A stretch of 64,000 nt of DNA from Malacoraja senta (lineage: Eukaryota), in contig CM075997.1 of the NCBI GenBank assembly GCA_038087875.1, positions 6,946,001 to 7,010,000 on the forward strand. Direction: 5' to 3'. The notes beneath the pieces were generated by a model. The model did no database searches. It saw only the letters and a program-made list of their open reading frames with translations, and had not been told where the DNA came from. Of the stretch, positions 26,361 through 39,370 are shown one piece after another (within the stretch, counting starts at the first letter, position 1; each line of letters opens with the position of its first letter). The position numbers and the translations under genes were made by a program.

Positions 26361-27399
26361 TAGGTATGTTACAAAACTTACCTTCAGTCGCGCTGTAATT
26401 CTGCCACTAGCCGTGTGCGCGATTTTGGCGCCTTTAAGGGGGGGGGCGGGGTTAAAACGCGGTTTCTTCTCCCTTGTCCTGGAAATATTTTGTTGGAGTA
26501 CAAAATTCGCTGACAAAATCGTTCCTACCCGCGTTTTGTGATTTTTTTTTTTTTATTAAATCGTCAATGTCAGCGCTACAGTCATTTTAAAATCAGCTCC
26601 TGAAGCGTCAACGCCAATAACGGGGACGGATTTCACACAATGGACAGGTAAACGAAAGTGCTTTCTTTAAATGTATAAAAGTGCTTCTTAAGAAGCCTTT
26701 AATTCACATTTTGTCATGCGACACGGTGATTTTATTCCCCGAATTAACGGCAGTATTTTTCATGCCAATACGGGGTTAAATTCACCGCAAATGAACGTTC
26801 CAAAAGATCGCGTTCCAGAAATTCTCACTCGCAAGATGAATTAAATCCCCATTAATTTACAGGTATTAAACATTCAATTCCTTCCATTTGGCCTGTAAAT
26901 TCATGAAAATTAGATTAAAAAATTATGTTATATTGTGAATTATTGTGTGAATGTTATTTGGACACAGGCTATTTAAAAATGTTAATCTATTCTTAAGAAA
27001 TTGATAGATGTTTAGATCTAGTAATTGAATTTTGTAATTAGCTACAATTAGGTAACTAACTAATTATATGCTTTACTTTCATGTCTTCGAAGTAAGATTG
27101 TTTCATATTTGTTTCAGAATGCTTCAATCTATAATACCTGAAAATTTCTTTCAGTTACCATAATTTTTAAGAAAGTTATGGGCTTTTAACTGTCCTCGAT
27201 CACAGCTTTTGTGTTAAGTCAATGGAAAAGCAATAGGGAACTAGATGCTAATTTCTGAGTATGATAATGGCCATAACTTTTTTAATACTGAAGATATGAA
27301 AGTGAATTAAGTGTCAAATTAAACTTCTTTTTATGCTTTATCTGATGGGATAAATTGCAGACTTTATTTTTTAAATCTCAAAATTTTGTAACATTGCTA
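26361..27399. mobile_element. Non-autonomous DNA transposon (~1.04 kb) with TAG...CTA termini and a 7-bp TSD
   Basis: Left end TAGGTATGTTACAAAA; right end TTTTGTAACATTGCTA (14/16 inverted match); TSD GATAAAG at 26354-26360 and 27400-27406; empty site at ~8865. Confidence 0.9.
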
Positions 27400-30300
27400 G
27401 ATAAAGAGAATGAGAAAGGAGCAAGAATGTGCTGGGGGGCAACTTGCCAGAATGACTGATATATACCTGGATTTGGAAGCAAGCTCTAGAAGGCAGAATT
27501 TAAGAATAGTTGGAGTAAAAGAGGGAAGGGAAGCTGGAACCTCCCCCCCTCGGGAGTTGGCTGCCAACTTACTTAAAAAAGTATTTAAGCTGCCTGAAAA
27601 CCCGAGAATAGGCATGGCTCACCGGGTTCGACGAGCTCAAACAAGGGCAGGTGTCCCTCCAAGACAGATCATAGTGAAATTTCATGACATCTCTGCTCTG
27701 GAAGATATTATGAAACAGATCCCATTTGGATGGAATTTGATGTATGAAGAGGATAATCTAAGATTCTTCCGTGACTATCGAACTGAAATTGCTAAAAAAA
27801 AAGGGACAGGTTCACAAAGACAAGACGGATTCTGAAAGGAGTCCCTAATGTAAGATAAGATTCTGCAAAAATGAGCATCACTTATAAGACTGATGAACGT
27901 GCCTTCATCGACCCATAAGAGGAATATAAATATGCACAAGATATTGTAAAGAGGACCGACTGATTGTCAGGAGTTGGTCCCTTATAATATCACAGAGGAG
28001 AAGCGGCGAAGATAAGACTTTTTAAAAAATAAAAGAATGCTCTCATGAAGATGGCGGAATCTTCCACGAGGCGATGGCTACACATCTTATCTCCCGGGAA
28101 TGTGAATTCAAGGTCGAACTTTATTTTTCACTCTTAATGAAGGACTTAAAAACAAAGCGGAGCCGGGGTACATGGAAAACAAAGCAGAGCCTGGGAACAT
28201 GGAAAAATAATACAAATGGATTTGAATACAAAAACTTATGATTTAAGAAACATCTTTTATAATCAAATACTAACACAAAATAATTAACTAACTGAACTAA
28301 CTCAACAACTGTAATCTACTATTGTGTAATACTGACTAATATAAATGTAACAATGACTAACTCCCCTGAGGGGGGAAAGGGGGGCTTATTCCACGATGCT
28401 AATTTACTACTAAGTTGAAGGATAATGAGCTAAATATATCGATATAGATTAACAACATACTAACAACCTAAAACGTATATTACAGATCTAGTCCAAGCTG
28501 TGCGCAAATGAGGGGGAGGAGACTCAGATACTTGGAAGTTATCCAAGAGTCTGACTCTGGTTAACCCCTTGGAACCTGCTGTTTTCTAATATTACAGACT
28601 GGGACTTATTTGGGGAGTGAAATGTCATAAATGTCGATGCATAGGTATATATGGGTATATATCTAACATATGTACTTGTATATTTTAGTATATATTTAAC
28701 GTTAGATTAGTTGAAGATGCATTTAGATATTTAGACTCGAATTGTTCTTTTTCTTATATATATCTCAGTTTTGAATCGTCCTTTCTTCCCTTTTAGAATA
28801 TTTGGACAAGGGGGCGGAGCTGAATGTAAAACAACATCTACGGACGTTCATAAGAACCTATCTACCACCATTAGGTGTTTTTTTTTATAGTATCCTCGGA
28901 TACTTTAATACCACTTTTTAAAAATTATTATCTCTTCATCACTTCACACTTTTTTTTTGTATTTTTCAAGGTTTACTTTGAAAAGGAGATGCCAACACAA
29001 TTTAACAGTTGTGGATGACCACCTAACACCCAGAGGTCTGAGGTACTTGGTTGCACCATATGACTTAAGGGTATCAAAATGATTCATAATGCAAGACGAT
29101 AAACAAAAGAAAACTGGAGGAATCACGTTTTGTAGCTGGAATATAAGGGGCGCTAATGAGCCAATTAAAAGGGGTAAGATTTTTGCCCAATTAAAATCAC
29201 TCAAGTCTGACAATTTTGTTACAGGAAGCACATTTGAAACATCAAACACAGATAAGATTGAAGGCAAATTGGATCGGGCCAACATACTACTCTTCATTTA
29301 CTTCTAAATCTAGAGGCACGGCTATTATTATTCGGAAAGGTATACCATTTAAATCAAAGAATATTATATCAGATAAAGAGGGGAGGTATCTTATAGTTAC
29401 GGGAGAGAATCACTCTATCCCACTTACTATGATAAACATTTATGCTCCAAACTTTGATAACCCTCAATTCTTTAATAAAATTCTGGATAATATTTCAGAG
29501 CTTAATTATCAAAACGTGATAATAGGGGGAGATTTCAACTGTGTTCGAGATCCATATCTAGACAAATCTGCAAAACAAAAGAGGATTAACATAAAATCTA
29601 AAACTAGTGAACTCCTAAATACATATATAAAAAACACAAACATAACAGACGTATGGAGGATTTCTAACCTAGTTGGAAGGGAATACTCGTTTTATTCAAC
29701 GGTACATAAAACTTATTCGTGTATCGACTATTTTTTACTGGATATGAAATTAGTTCCGTACACAACTAGCTCTAAATATCATAATAGTATTGTTTCTGAT
29801 CACTCCCCGTTAACTTTTTTCTTAAAACTAGAAGGAATGACTGATAAATACTCGTTCTGGAGGTTTAGCCCCCAAATTGTAAACAACCCACAAGGTTGCA
29901 CATATTTAAACCAGCAGATGAAAATGTTCTTTGAGACCAATGACACACCTGGTATCTCACCCTCCTTATTATGGGAAGCTTTTAAGGCATTCATTAGAAG
30001 AGTTATAAATTCATATCAAGCTTTCCAAAAGAGAAAGAACAATACTGAACAATTGCAGCTAGAACAACAAATTTGACAATTAGATGTACATAATGCCAAA
30101 GACACAACCATAGCAAACATAATAACATAACAATATTGAAATTTAAATTAAATACAATTTTATCGGCAAGAGTAATAAGATTATTTCAAATTACAAAACA
30201 GGAAAATTTTGAATTCGGCGCTAAACCACATAAACTTAGCACGTCAACTGAAAAAACGGGAAAGCGAAAATACAATTACGGAAATTAAATCAGATAAAGG

Positions 30301-31176
30301 TGAATTATTAACAATACCTAAAGACAACAACAAAAGATTTTCTAAATTTTATCAACATTTATATACATCTAAAGCCTCAGCAGATAACACTAAAATCATA
30401 AATTTCTTAGACAATTGTAATCTCCCAAAACTTAATCCGTTGGAACAAGAGGAATTAGGAGCTCAGATTACACTTAAAGAAATAGAAGAATGGATAAATT
30501 CGTTGAAGAATGGTAAAACGCCAGGACCAGATGGCTTTAGTAATGGATTCTATCAACGATTTTACGAGATAATTTCCCCACGCTTACAAAAATTATACGC
30601 ACATGCTTTTAAAGAAAATATACTACCAGAAACACTAGCCGAATCAACTATTACACTTATACTTAAAACAGATAACGATCTCGGAGAACCAGTTTATATA
30701 GAGCCATAGCACTCTTAAATACAGATCAGAAAATATTAGCAAAGACCCTAGCGAGAATATTAAGTAAATACTTTAGTAAGCTAATAAACCCGGATCAAAC
30801 GAGGTTTATACCCAATAGATACCCATCCATCAATTTGAGACGTTTGTCTAATATAATGTATTCACATAAAACTGAAGAAGAAGATGTATCACTTATTTCA
30901 TTGGACGCAGAAAAAGCATTTGATCAAGTAGAATGGCAATATCTGTTTAAAATATTGCAGTAATTTAATATGGGAAAGAACATTATCTCATGGATAAAAT
31001 TACTATATGATAAGCCGATGCTAGAATGCTGATCAATAACATGTTATCTTCGAAATTTCAATTATCAAGGGGCAATAGACAGGGGTGTGCATTATCATAG
31101 AAACTAGAAACATAGAAAATAGGTGCAGGAGTAGACCATTCGGCCCTTCGAGCCTGCACCGCCATTCAATATGATC

Positions 31177-31376
31177 NNNNNNNNNNNNNNNNNNNNNNNN
31201 NNNNNNNNNNNNNNNNNNNNNNNNNNNNNNNNNNNNNNNNNNNNNNNNNNNNNNNNNNNNNNNNNNNNNNNNNNNNNNNNNNNNNNNNNNNNNNNNNNNN
31301 NNNNNNNNNNNNNNNNNNNNNNNNNNNNNNNNNNNNNNNNNNNNNNNNNNNNNNNNNNNNNNNNNNNNNNNNNNNN
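31177..31376. other. Assembly gap (200 N)
   Basis: Run of N. Confidence 1.
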
Positions 31377-32100
31377 AGAGAGAGTGGGAGGAAGGATTGT
31401 GTGGATAGGGAGAAGAAGAATGTGGGGGAGGAGGGGGAATAGTGGGGAGAGAGAGGGGGATAGATGCGATGAGTGGTGAGAGAGGGAGGGGGGATTGTGG
31501 AAAGTGGGATGGAGGGGGAGGAGTGGGGAAGAGAGTGATGTGCCCGGGGGAAGAGGATAAATAGTGTGTGGAGAGAGAGAGGGAGTGTGAGAGGGAGGGG
31601 GGAGATTGTAATGCGAGGGGGAGGAACGTGGGTTGGTAGGGGGGAGTGGAAGAGAGAGAAAGAAGGAGGGCGGGGATAGAGAGGAAAGTATGTGGGGAAA
31701 GAGAGGGGGGAGGATTGTGGATAGAGACAGGTGGTGTATGGGGAGAGGGTGCAGAGTGATGGGGAGAGGTGGAGGGAAGAGGGAGGGCCGTGGGAGTGGG
31801 AAGCGAGAGGTAGCAAGGGGAGACAGACGAGAAATGGGGAGAGAGAGTGGGCTGTATAGGGAGAGAGAAATGCGGGTAGGGGAGAGATAGGGTCGGTGTT
31901 GGGGGGAGAGAGAGTGACGGAGGTGAGTGTGAGAGAGGGGGAGGTATGGGGTTGAAAGGGGGAGTAGTGGGGAGAGGAAGAGCTTGATGATGGGAGAGAG
32001 GAAGAGGAGGAAGAGAAGTGGGGGGGAGAGATGAAGGAGTGGGGGGGAGAGATTGGAGCAGTGTGGAGTGAGGGGGTGACCTGCGGGTAGAATGTATGGC
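31377..32100. repeat. GA-rich low-complexity tract
   Basis: Mostly G/A on the + strand. Confidence 0.9.
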
Positions 32101-33849
32101 AATAAAGGGGGCGTCGTCTGGTTAGCTGCGAGTGACTAGCGCAGTTCTGCGGGGGTCGGTGTTGGAGACGCTGCTCTTCACGTTGTGTATTAATGATTTG
32201 GACGAGGGCATTTAAGGCTTCAAAAATGGAAGCAGAGGTTGATGGTGTAAGGTTGATTCTCGTACTGGAGGCCTATGACTTGTGGTGTGCTTCAGAGTTC
32301 GGTGTTGGGCCCGTTACTGTTTGTCAACGACGTCGATAATTTGGATGAGAACATACAGGGCAAGATTTGTAAGTTTGCTGATGACACAGAAGTGGGTAGT
32401 TTTACAGATAGTGAAGATGGTTGTGAAAGGTTGCAGCAGGAACTGGATCGATTGTCCAGGTGGGCTGAGGATTGGTTGATGGAATTTAATTTAGACAAGT
32501 GTGATGTGTTGCATTTTCGGACGTTTAATAAGGGCCGAACCTACACATTGAATGGTAGGCATCTGGGGAGTGTTGTAGAGCAGAGGAATCTAGGAGTACA
32601 GGTGCGTGGTTGCTTGCAGACCGAGTCGCAGGCAGATAAAGTGGTCAAAAAAACTTTTGGCACTTTGGCCTTCATCAGTCAGAGTATAGGGTTTAGAAGT
32701 TGGGAGGTCATGTTGCAGTTGTATAAGACGTTGGTGAGACCTTATTTAGAATATTGTTTTCAATTCTGGGCAGCATGTTGTTGGAAATATATTGTCAAGC
32801 TTGAAATGGTTCAGAGAATATTCACGAGGGTGTTGCCAGGACTAGAGGGTGTGAGCTATGGAAGAGGTTGAGTAAGCTGGGTCTCTATTCCTTGGAGTAC
32901 AGGTGGATGAGTGGTGGTCTTATAGAGGTGTATAAAATCATGACAGGAATAGATCGGCTAGTTGCTCAGCCTCATGCCCAGAGTCAGGGAATTGAGTACC
33001 AGAGGACGCAGGTTTTACTTCGGATTCACGTGAGTGACTACGTGAAGAAGGGCCGTCTGTCCGCATGCGATCATTACGTCTGAAGCATGCGCCATCGACT
33101 GACTGGCAGGCGCGCTGCGTCCTTCCAGCGGTTAGTTTTAAAAATTGCAGGTAAGTGTTTTCTAGAACTACTCTGCGGTCGTATTGGTGGGTTCAGTGAG
33201 TCTTGTTTTTCAGCAAGTTGGACCCAGCTTTGTCTAACGTGAAGAGACGTTCTGCGGGGAAGTCAGCTACCGAAGACCGCAGTAATGCGGGTAATGGGCG
33301 ACTGTCTGTGTCACCGACCTTGCCGCTGGTGGCGGAGCCAGCGGCAGCAGACCTGGTGCCCGAGGAAAGCACCGTGGCCGTCCCGCAGGGGCGCAAGGCC
33401 ACACGGAAACCTGCAAGGCCCGTAGACTCAGATGTGTCGGGCCAGGAGGGATCCCCATCCTTCGTTGGGAAGCGTCCACGGGCGACTTACCCATATGGAG
33501 CACCTAATGGAGAGGTGGCTCCAGAATGATCTGCACCGTAGGACTAAGCAGTATCAACACGGGTGTGCGCAGCAGCCCGCGCCAGCGGCTTCATTCATGG
33601 GGCTGCAAAGTGTCTCCCTCGCTAGAGGGGGGAGTAGACCGGGTCCGTATTTTCCTGACTCCGAGTTTGGAGGCACAGTGGGTGAGCATTCCCAGGGGAT
33701 TCCCAGGGGCATTCCCAGCCGGCCCACGGCAAGGATGCGCAGAGGGCACACGCCACCAGCTCTGCTTCCCAAGCGTCGCGAACGAAAATCAGCACCATAC
33801 CGCCAGTAACTACTGAGGTAGGTCTACCTAGTACCTTGTGCAACACCTT

Positions 33850-35629
33850 ACACATGCCTCGCGCACCTTTTGGGGGGAGATTGCCACATTTCTTGAATTA
33901 ATGGTGTTGGGTCACAGCGGATCCGTTTATACTGCACGGTTCAAAATTGAGTTCATTATTGACTCATTACCCCCCCACACAACATTCACCAAACCGCACA
34001 TATGTTTTCTCACACCAGGAAAGTTTGGATATACAAGCTGAAATTGAAACTCTATCCAATAAAGAGGTCATTGAGAGGTCGCATCCGGAACCTCATCAAT
34101 TTGTATCCAATATATTCACCAAGCGGAAAAAAGGATGGAGGATGTCGTATCATCCTAGACTTAACTGAACTCAACACTTTTGTGCAGTATAAACATTTCA
34201 AAATGGATAACTTTGGCACTGCCATACAACTGGTTTCTAAAGGTGGTTATATGGCATGCATCGACCTTAAAGATGCATACTACTCTGTACCCAGACTATT
34301 TACCAACTACTGAAACCTATTCTGGGGCTACTACGATCTCAGAATCACATAGTCATGCAATATTTGGATGACATTCTAATCTTCGGGGTCACCAAGGAAT
34401 CGGCAGAATCATCTGTCTCAGCAAACAAAGTCATGTTTGAATGATTGGGCTTCCTCCTCCTTCCAGTTATGTCCAAATTGACACCTACCAGGGTTATTGA
34501 TTACCTGTGGTTTACAATTAACTCAATTCACATGTCAGTGACTCTGCCTAGGGGCAAACAATTAGAGTTAACTAAAGCCTGCAACGACCTTATTGTTAAA
34601 CAAAAGCAATCAATTAGACAAACAGCGAGTGTAATTGGCAAAGTAGTGGCTGCATTTCCAGCTTGCGTTACGGGCCTTTGCACTATCAAGATTTACAACG
34701 TGCAAAGGAACAGGCACTCAGATCTCACGTTCGTCAATTCGGTAGACCTTGCGATTGCCAGCCGAGGCCATTGCTGAATTACAATGGTGGATGACGAATA
34801 TACGTCTTAGCTCCAGGAAAATCTTGCTGGATACTCCATCGGTCGTCTTACATACCGATGCAAGCGGCCGAGGATGGGGAGCAACTGATACCATCTCCAG
34901 CTGCGGTGGTAGGTGGAATGAGCAGGAGTCCTTAAAATTCAGCAACATGGTATTAATTACTTAGAGTTGTTGGGGGCTTATGGCTTACTGCAGCACTATG
35001 CAACATGTGCATTTCAACTTCAGATTGACAACACAACCGCAGTGTCGTATGCCAATCTCATGGGTGGTGTTAAGTCTGTATCTTGTGATAGATTGGCAAA
35101 TTTTATATGGCACTGGTGTATTGCGAGGGACATTTGGGTCTCAGCTATCAACCTACCAGGTAGATACTACACTGTGGCAGACACCAGATCGCGGATATTC
35201 AAGGACAACAAAGAATGGATGTTGAATCGTGCAGTATTTAACGACATAATCACCTGGTATGGCATCCCGGATATTGATTGATTAGCAACCAGATTAAATC
35301 ACCAGTTACCCAAATATGTGTCTTGGGAGCCAGACCCAGGGGCAGTGGCAGTAGATGCGTTTTCTCTACATTGGGGAGGAATTTTTCTGTATGCATTTCC
35401 CCCATTTTGCCTCATCGGCCGATGCTTGGCAAAAATCAAGCAAGACAACGCCACAGGCATTTTGGTTGTGCCTGACTGGCCTACACAGTCTTGGTTTCCA
35501 AAAGTCCTGGGAAGGATTACACAGCCTTTCATGGCTGTCCCCAAGAGCAGGGAACTACTCGTTCACCCAGTAACGGGGTGCAACCATCCGCTTCATGACC
35601 GAATCAATTTATTGGTTTGCAGATTCTGA
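33850..35629 (+). pseudogene. DIRS pol: RT - RNase H - N6-adenine methyltransferase-like domain (frameshifted)
   Basis: KKDGGCRIILDL..HFKM..IDLKDAYYSVP; YLDDILI at ~34361; LHTDASGRGWGA; IDNTTAVSY; DAFSLHW..YAFPPF..LVVPDWPTQSWF. Confidence 0.88.
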
Positions 35630-36597
35630 GGATACCAAACTTGGGGCTCGGACTGTCTAAACGAACCTTGGATGTGATAACAGCGGCCTAGGGGACAGTA
35701 CACAACAACAGTACGTCTCTCACATCATTAAGTGGGAGATGTTCTGTTCTATCTCAAACATCTCGTATGATACAGCACGCATCACGGATGCCCTGGAGTT
35801 CCTATCTGTCCTGTTCTATGACAAAAAATAAGCTACAGTGCCATCAATGGTGCCAGAAGCGCACTATCTTCCTATTTAATGCTGGGGTCAGGGCACCAGT
35901 CGGTAGGGACGCACCGTTTAATCACTAGGTTCATGAAGGGCATTTTTAATTCCATACCACCCAGGCCCCGGTACACGGACATTTGGGACGTGAGCGTGGT
36001 GCTTACACTGCTTCGCCAGTGGGCGGAAGCTCCCTCCCTACCCTTATCTAAGCTCACCTTAAGGTGGTCATGCTGATGGCGCTGGTAACTGCGCAACGAT
36101 TCCAGACGTTGCACAAGCTGCGCCTTGACAACATGACCACCAATGTAAATTTAATAACCGTTTTCATAGATGATTTGATTAAACAGAGCTGGCCAGGGGT
36201 GCCAGGGCTCAAGCTAGAGTTCCTGGCATACCCCGAGGATCCACGGTTGTGTGTCGTATCACATATACACCATTACATAAGAGTCACCAAGGGCCTCAGA
36301 GGCGCTGAGATATCGGTCCTAATCAGTTCTAAAAGGCCTTACCACAAGGTATCAGCACAAACCACTTCCAGATCGTTGAAGGAGTTACTGGCGAGAGCAG
36401 GAGTGAACATTGACACTTTTAAATCTCACTACACCAGGGCTGGATCTACGTCGGAAGCGGGAGCAATGTACGTTCCCCTCGATAACATCCGAGCGGCTGC
36501 AGGATTGGCCAATGAACGGATGTTCCACTGGTATTACAACAAACCTATTGCCGGATCGGGGGTGTTTGCACCTACCATTTTAGATTTTGTTTTGTAG
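35630..36597 (+). pseudogene. DIRS tyrosine recombinase (frameshifted, degenerate)
   Basis: HRLITRFMKGIFNSIPPRPRYTDIWDV; ALVTAQR; HYTRAGSTS (HxxR); C-terminal FHWYY. Confidence 0.85.
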
Positions 36598-36773
36598 TCC
36601 CCCCCCAGGATGGGAGGGGTTACTGTTATTTTTCTTTTCATATTAAAGCATCAGTATTATTACCTAACTAAGTTATGTCTGAATGCTTGACTTTTTTTCA
36701 CTCATCCATGGTCAATCCATTCAGCGTGTGACGCCTGGACTCGTATCCGGAGTAAAATCACAGAGCTTTAAAA

Positions 36774-36884
36774 TCTTCACGTAGTCACTCACGTGACTCC
36801 GAAGTAAAATAGTAAAATTAAACGAGAAATTACCAGTTTGAAGTTTGATCTTGATTTTATGAGGAGTTACGATGAGCGATTCCG
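36774..36884. repeat. DIRS internal complementary region (ICR)
   Basis: 36774-36808 is the reverse complement of 33014-33048; 36809-36884 is the reverse complement of ~37036-37111. Confidence 0.92.
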
Positions 36885-37380
36885 TGCCCACCGCCCAAAT
36901 CCCTCATATTATCAAGGTCATCTGGTAGTTCCAGTTCTTCAAAATCTTACTATCCTCAGGTCAACTTCTCTTATCTGTGATTTCACACCGCTGCTTTGAA
37001 GATTGACAAGCATGCGGACTGACAGCCCTTCTTCGCGTAATCACTCATCGTAACTCCTCATAAAATCAAGATCAAACTTCAAACTGGTAAGTTCTCGTTT
37101 AATCTTACTATTCAAGGGGAAAATATTTTATAGGAGTCTGAGGGCTTATTTTTCACACAAAGGGTGGTAGGTGTATGGAACAATCTGCCAGATGATGGAG
37201 TTGAGGCTGTGAGTATTCCACCGTTTAAGGAACAGTTAGGCAGCTACGTGGATAGGACAGGTTTGGAGGGATATTGACCAATCGTAGGCTGATGGGACTT
37301 GTGCAGCTGGGACATGTTGGCCGATGTGGGCAAGTTGGGCCGAAGGGCCTGTTTCCACACTGTATCACTCTATGGCTATG

Positions 37381-38280
37381 ATACGAAAATAGGTGGAAGG
37401 GTAGGTAGTGGAGAGAAAGCAGGGTCTCTGCTTAAGGACTTGGACAGGTTGGGAGAGTGAGCAGAGAAGTGGTAGATGGAATATAGTGCAGCAAAGTGTG
37501 AAGTCGTGCATTTTGGTAGTAGGAATTAAGACATAGGCTATTGTTTAAATGGGGAGATAATCCAGAAATCGGAGGGAGTGTTGATGAGGGAGTGTTGATG
37601 CAGTATTCCCAAAATGTTAATCTGCGAGTCGAACCGGTAGTAAAGAAAGCAAAGTCATTGCCAGAATTTATTTCAAGGGGGCTTGGAAACAAAAACAGGG
37701 AAGTAATATTGAGGCTCCCTGTGGCACTGATAAGGCCGTATTTGGAATATTGTGAGCAATTTTTGGCACCAGATGTGAGGAAGCTGGCTCTGGGGAGGGT
37801 CCACAGGAGGTTTGCTAGAATGATGTCAGGAATGAGTATGTTAACCTATGATGAGCATTTGTCGGCACTGGGCCTGAACTCGCTGGAGTTTAGAAGAATG
37901 AGGAGACCTCATTGAAACATACAGATTAGTGAAAGACTTGGATAGAGTGGATGTAGAGGGGATGTTTCCATTAGTGGAAGAGTCTAGGACTATTGGTCAT
38001 GGCCTCCGAATTAAAAGACGTTGTTTTAGGAAGGATATGAGGAGACATTTATTTACTCAGAGGGTGGTGAATCTGTGGAATTATTTGCCACTAAACGCTG
38101 TGGAGGCCAAGTCAGTGGATATATTTAACACAGAGCCAGATAGGTTTTCGATTAGTACAGGTGTCAGAGGTTATGGGAAGGCGGCAGGAGAATGGGGTTA
38201 GGATGGAGAGATAGATCAGCCATGAATAAATGGCGGAGTTTTCTCGATAGGCCGAATGGCCAATTGAACTCCTATTACTT
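37381..38280 (+). mobile_element. Old CR1 ORF2 3' fragment
   Basis: ALIRPYLEYCEQF, NSLEFRRMR, FTQRVVNLWNYLP. Confidence 0.8.
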
Positions 38281-38294
38281 TAGACCTAAAGCAA

Positions 38295-38820
38295 AGCGGA
38301 GGAGGAATGGGGAGAGGGGCAGGTGTGTGGGGGAGAGGGAGGGGGAGTGGTGTGGGAATGGGAGAAGGGGGAGAAAGAGGTCGGTGGAGTATGGGGAGAG
38401 ATAGGGGGGTGTGGGAAGAGTGAGGATTAGGTGTGTGGGCAGAGGGGGACGTGTGTGGGCAGAGGGGGGACGTGTGTGGGCAGAGGGGGGGACGTGTGTG
38501 GGCAGAGGGGGGCGGGTGAGGGGAGAGAGAGGGGGAGGAGTGCGGATAGAGTCAATGGAGGAGTGGAGAGTGTGTGGGGAGAAAGAAGGAGTATGGAGAA
38601 GGAGAGTGGGAGGAGAGCGAGGGTGTGGCGAGAGAGGGGAGGTGTGTGGGGAGAGAGATTGAAAGAGTGCGGCAAGACAGAGGGGAGTGTGGGGAGAAGG
38701 TGGGGAGGAATGTGTAGAGAGGGGAGGGGTAGGTAGTTTGAGGATCGTATTAGTGGGGGGAGAGGGGGGGAGGCGTACGGAGGGTTAGAATGGGAGGAGG
38801 GGGAGAGAGAGAGAGTAAGG
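38295..38820. repeat. GA-rich low-complexity tract with a short 21-22-bp tandem (GTGTGTGGGCAGAGGGGGGAC)
   Basis: Direct reading; about 4 tandem units at 38431-38512. Confidence 0.85.
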
Positions 38821-39370
38821 AATGTTTGGATTTACACATTATGTGTTATTCTTTCAATCTTATGCCGCAGAAAGTTATTCACACATTTTAACCACTGCCT
38901 AAAAAAATGAAAATAACAAATAGTATTCAGGATCAGTTCCTGTGGATTGGAGGATAGCTAATGTTATCCCACATTTCAAGAAAGGAGCGAGAGAGAAAAC
39001 GGGGAATTACAGTCCTGTTAGCCTGACTTCAGTGGTGGGAAAGATGCTGGAGTCAATTATTAAAGAGGTGATAATGGGGCATTTGGATAGCAGTAAAATG
39101 ATTCGTCCAAGTCAGCATCGATTTATGAGAGGAAAATCATCTTGACTAATCTTCTGGAATTTTGTGGGGATGTGACAAGCAAAATGGTTGAAGGAGAGCC
39201 AGTGGATGTAGTTTTTATAGACTATCAGAAAGCCTTTGCTAAGGTCCCGCATGGGAGACTGGTGACTAAAATTAGAGCACATGGTATTGGGGGTAGTGTG
39301 TTGACGTGGATAGAAAATTGGTTGGGAGACAGAAAGTAAAGAGTAGGAGTGAACGGGTCATTTTTAGAAT

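Larger units (their letters stand above)
25530..31176 (+). repeat. Recent duplicate of L1-X segment 8042-18113 (lacks L1-Y, has an extra MITE); runs into the gap
   Basis: Near-identical sequence; same ORF2 frameshifts, same PLE insert, same CR1 junction (GCATTATC|ATAGAAAC at 31097). Confidence 0.93.
33013..37112 (+). mobile_element. DIRS1-type tyrosine-recombinase retrotransposon (decayed, internally deleted)
   Basis: Inverted termini 33031-33068 and 37010-37047; internal complementary region 36774-36884; RT, RNase H, methyltransferase-like and YR remnants; no TSD, T-run junctions. Confidence 0.93.
32225..37380 (+). mobile_element. Decayed CR1 ORF2 3' part, split by the DIRS element
   Basis: ORF 32275..32871 (GVLQSSVLGP, KFADDTEV, YKTLVRPYLEYC); CR1 resumes at 37113 (FTQRVVGVWNNLP) and ends near CTCTATGGCTATG. 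Confidence 0.85.

Noticed and set aside
31104..32102. 332-aa and 216-aa Pro/Leu/Ser-rich ORFs
   Set aside because: Translations of a GA-rich tract and the N gap
36064..36597. Phage integrase or bacterial contamination
   Set aside because: It sits within a DIRS structure (RT, RNase H, ITRs, ICR) embedded in a vertebrate CR1
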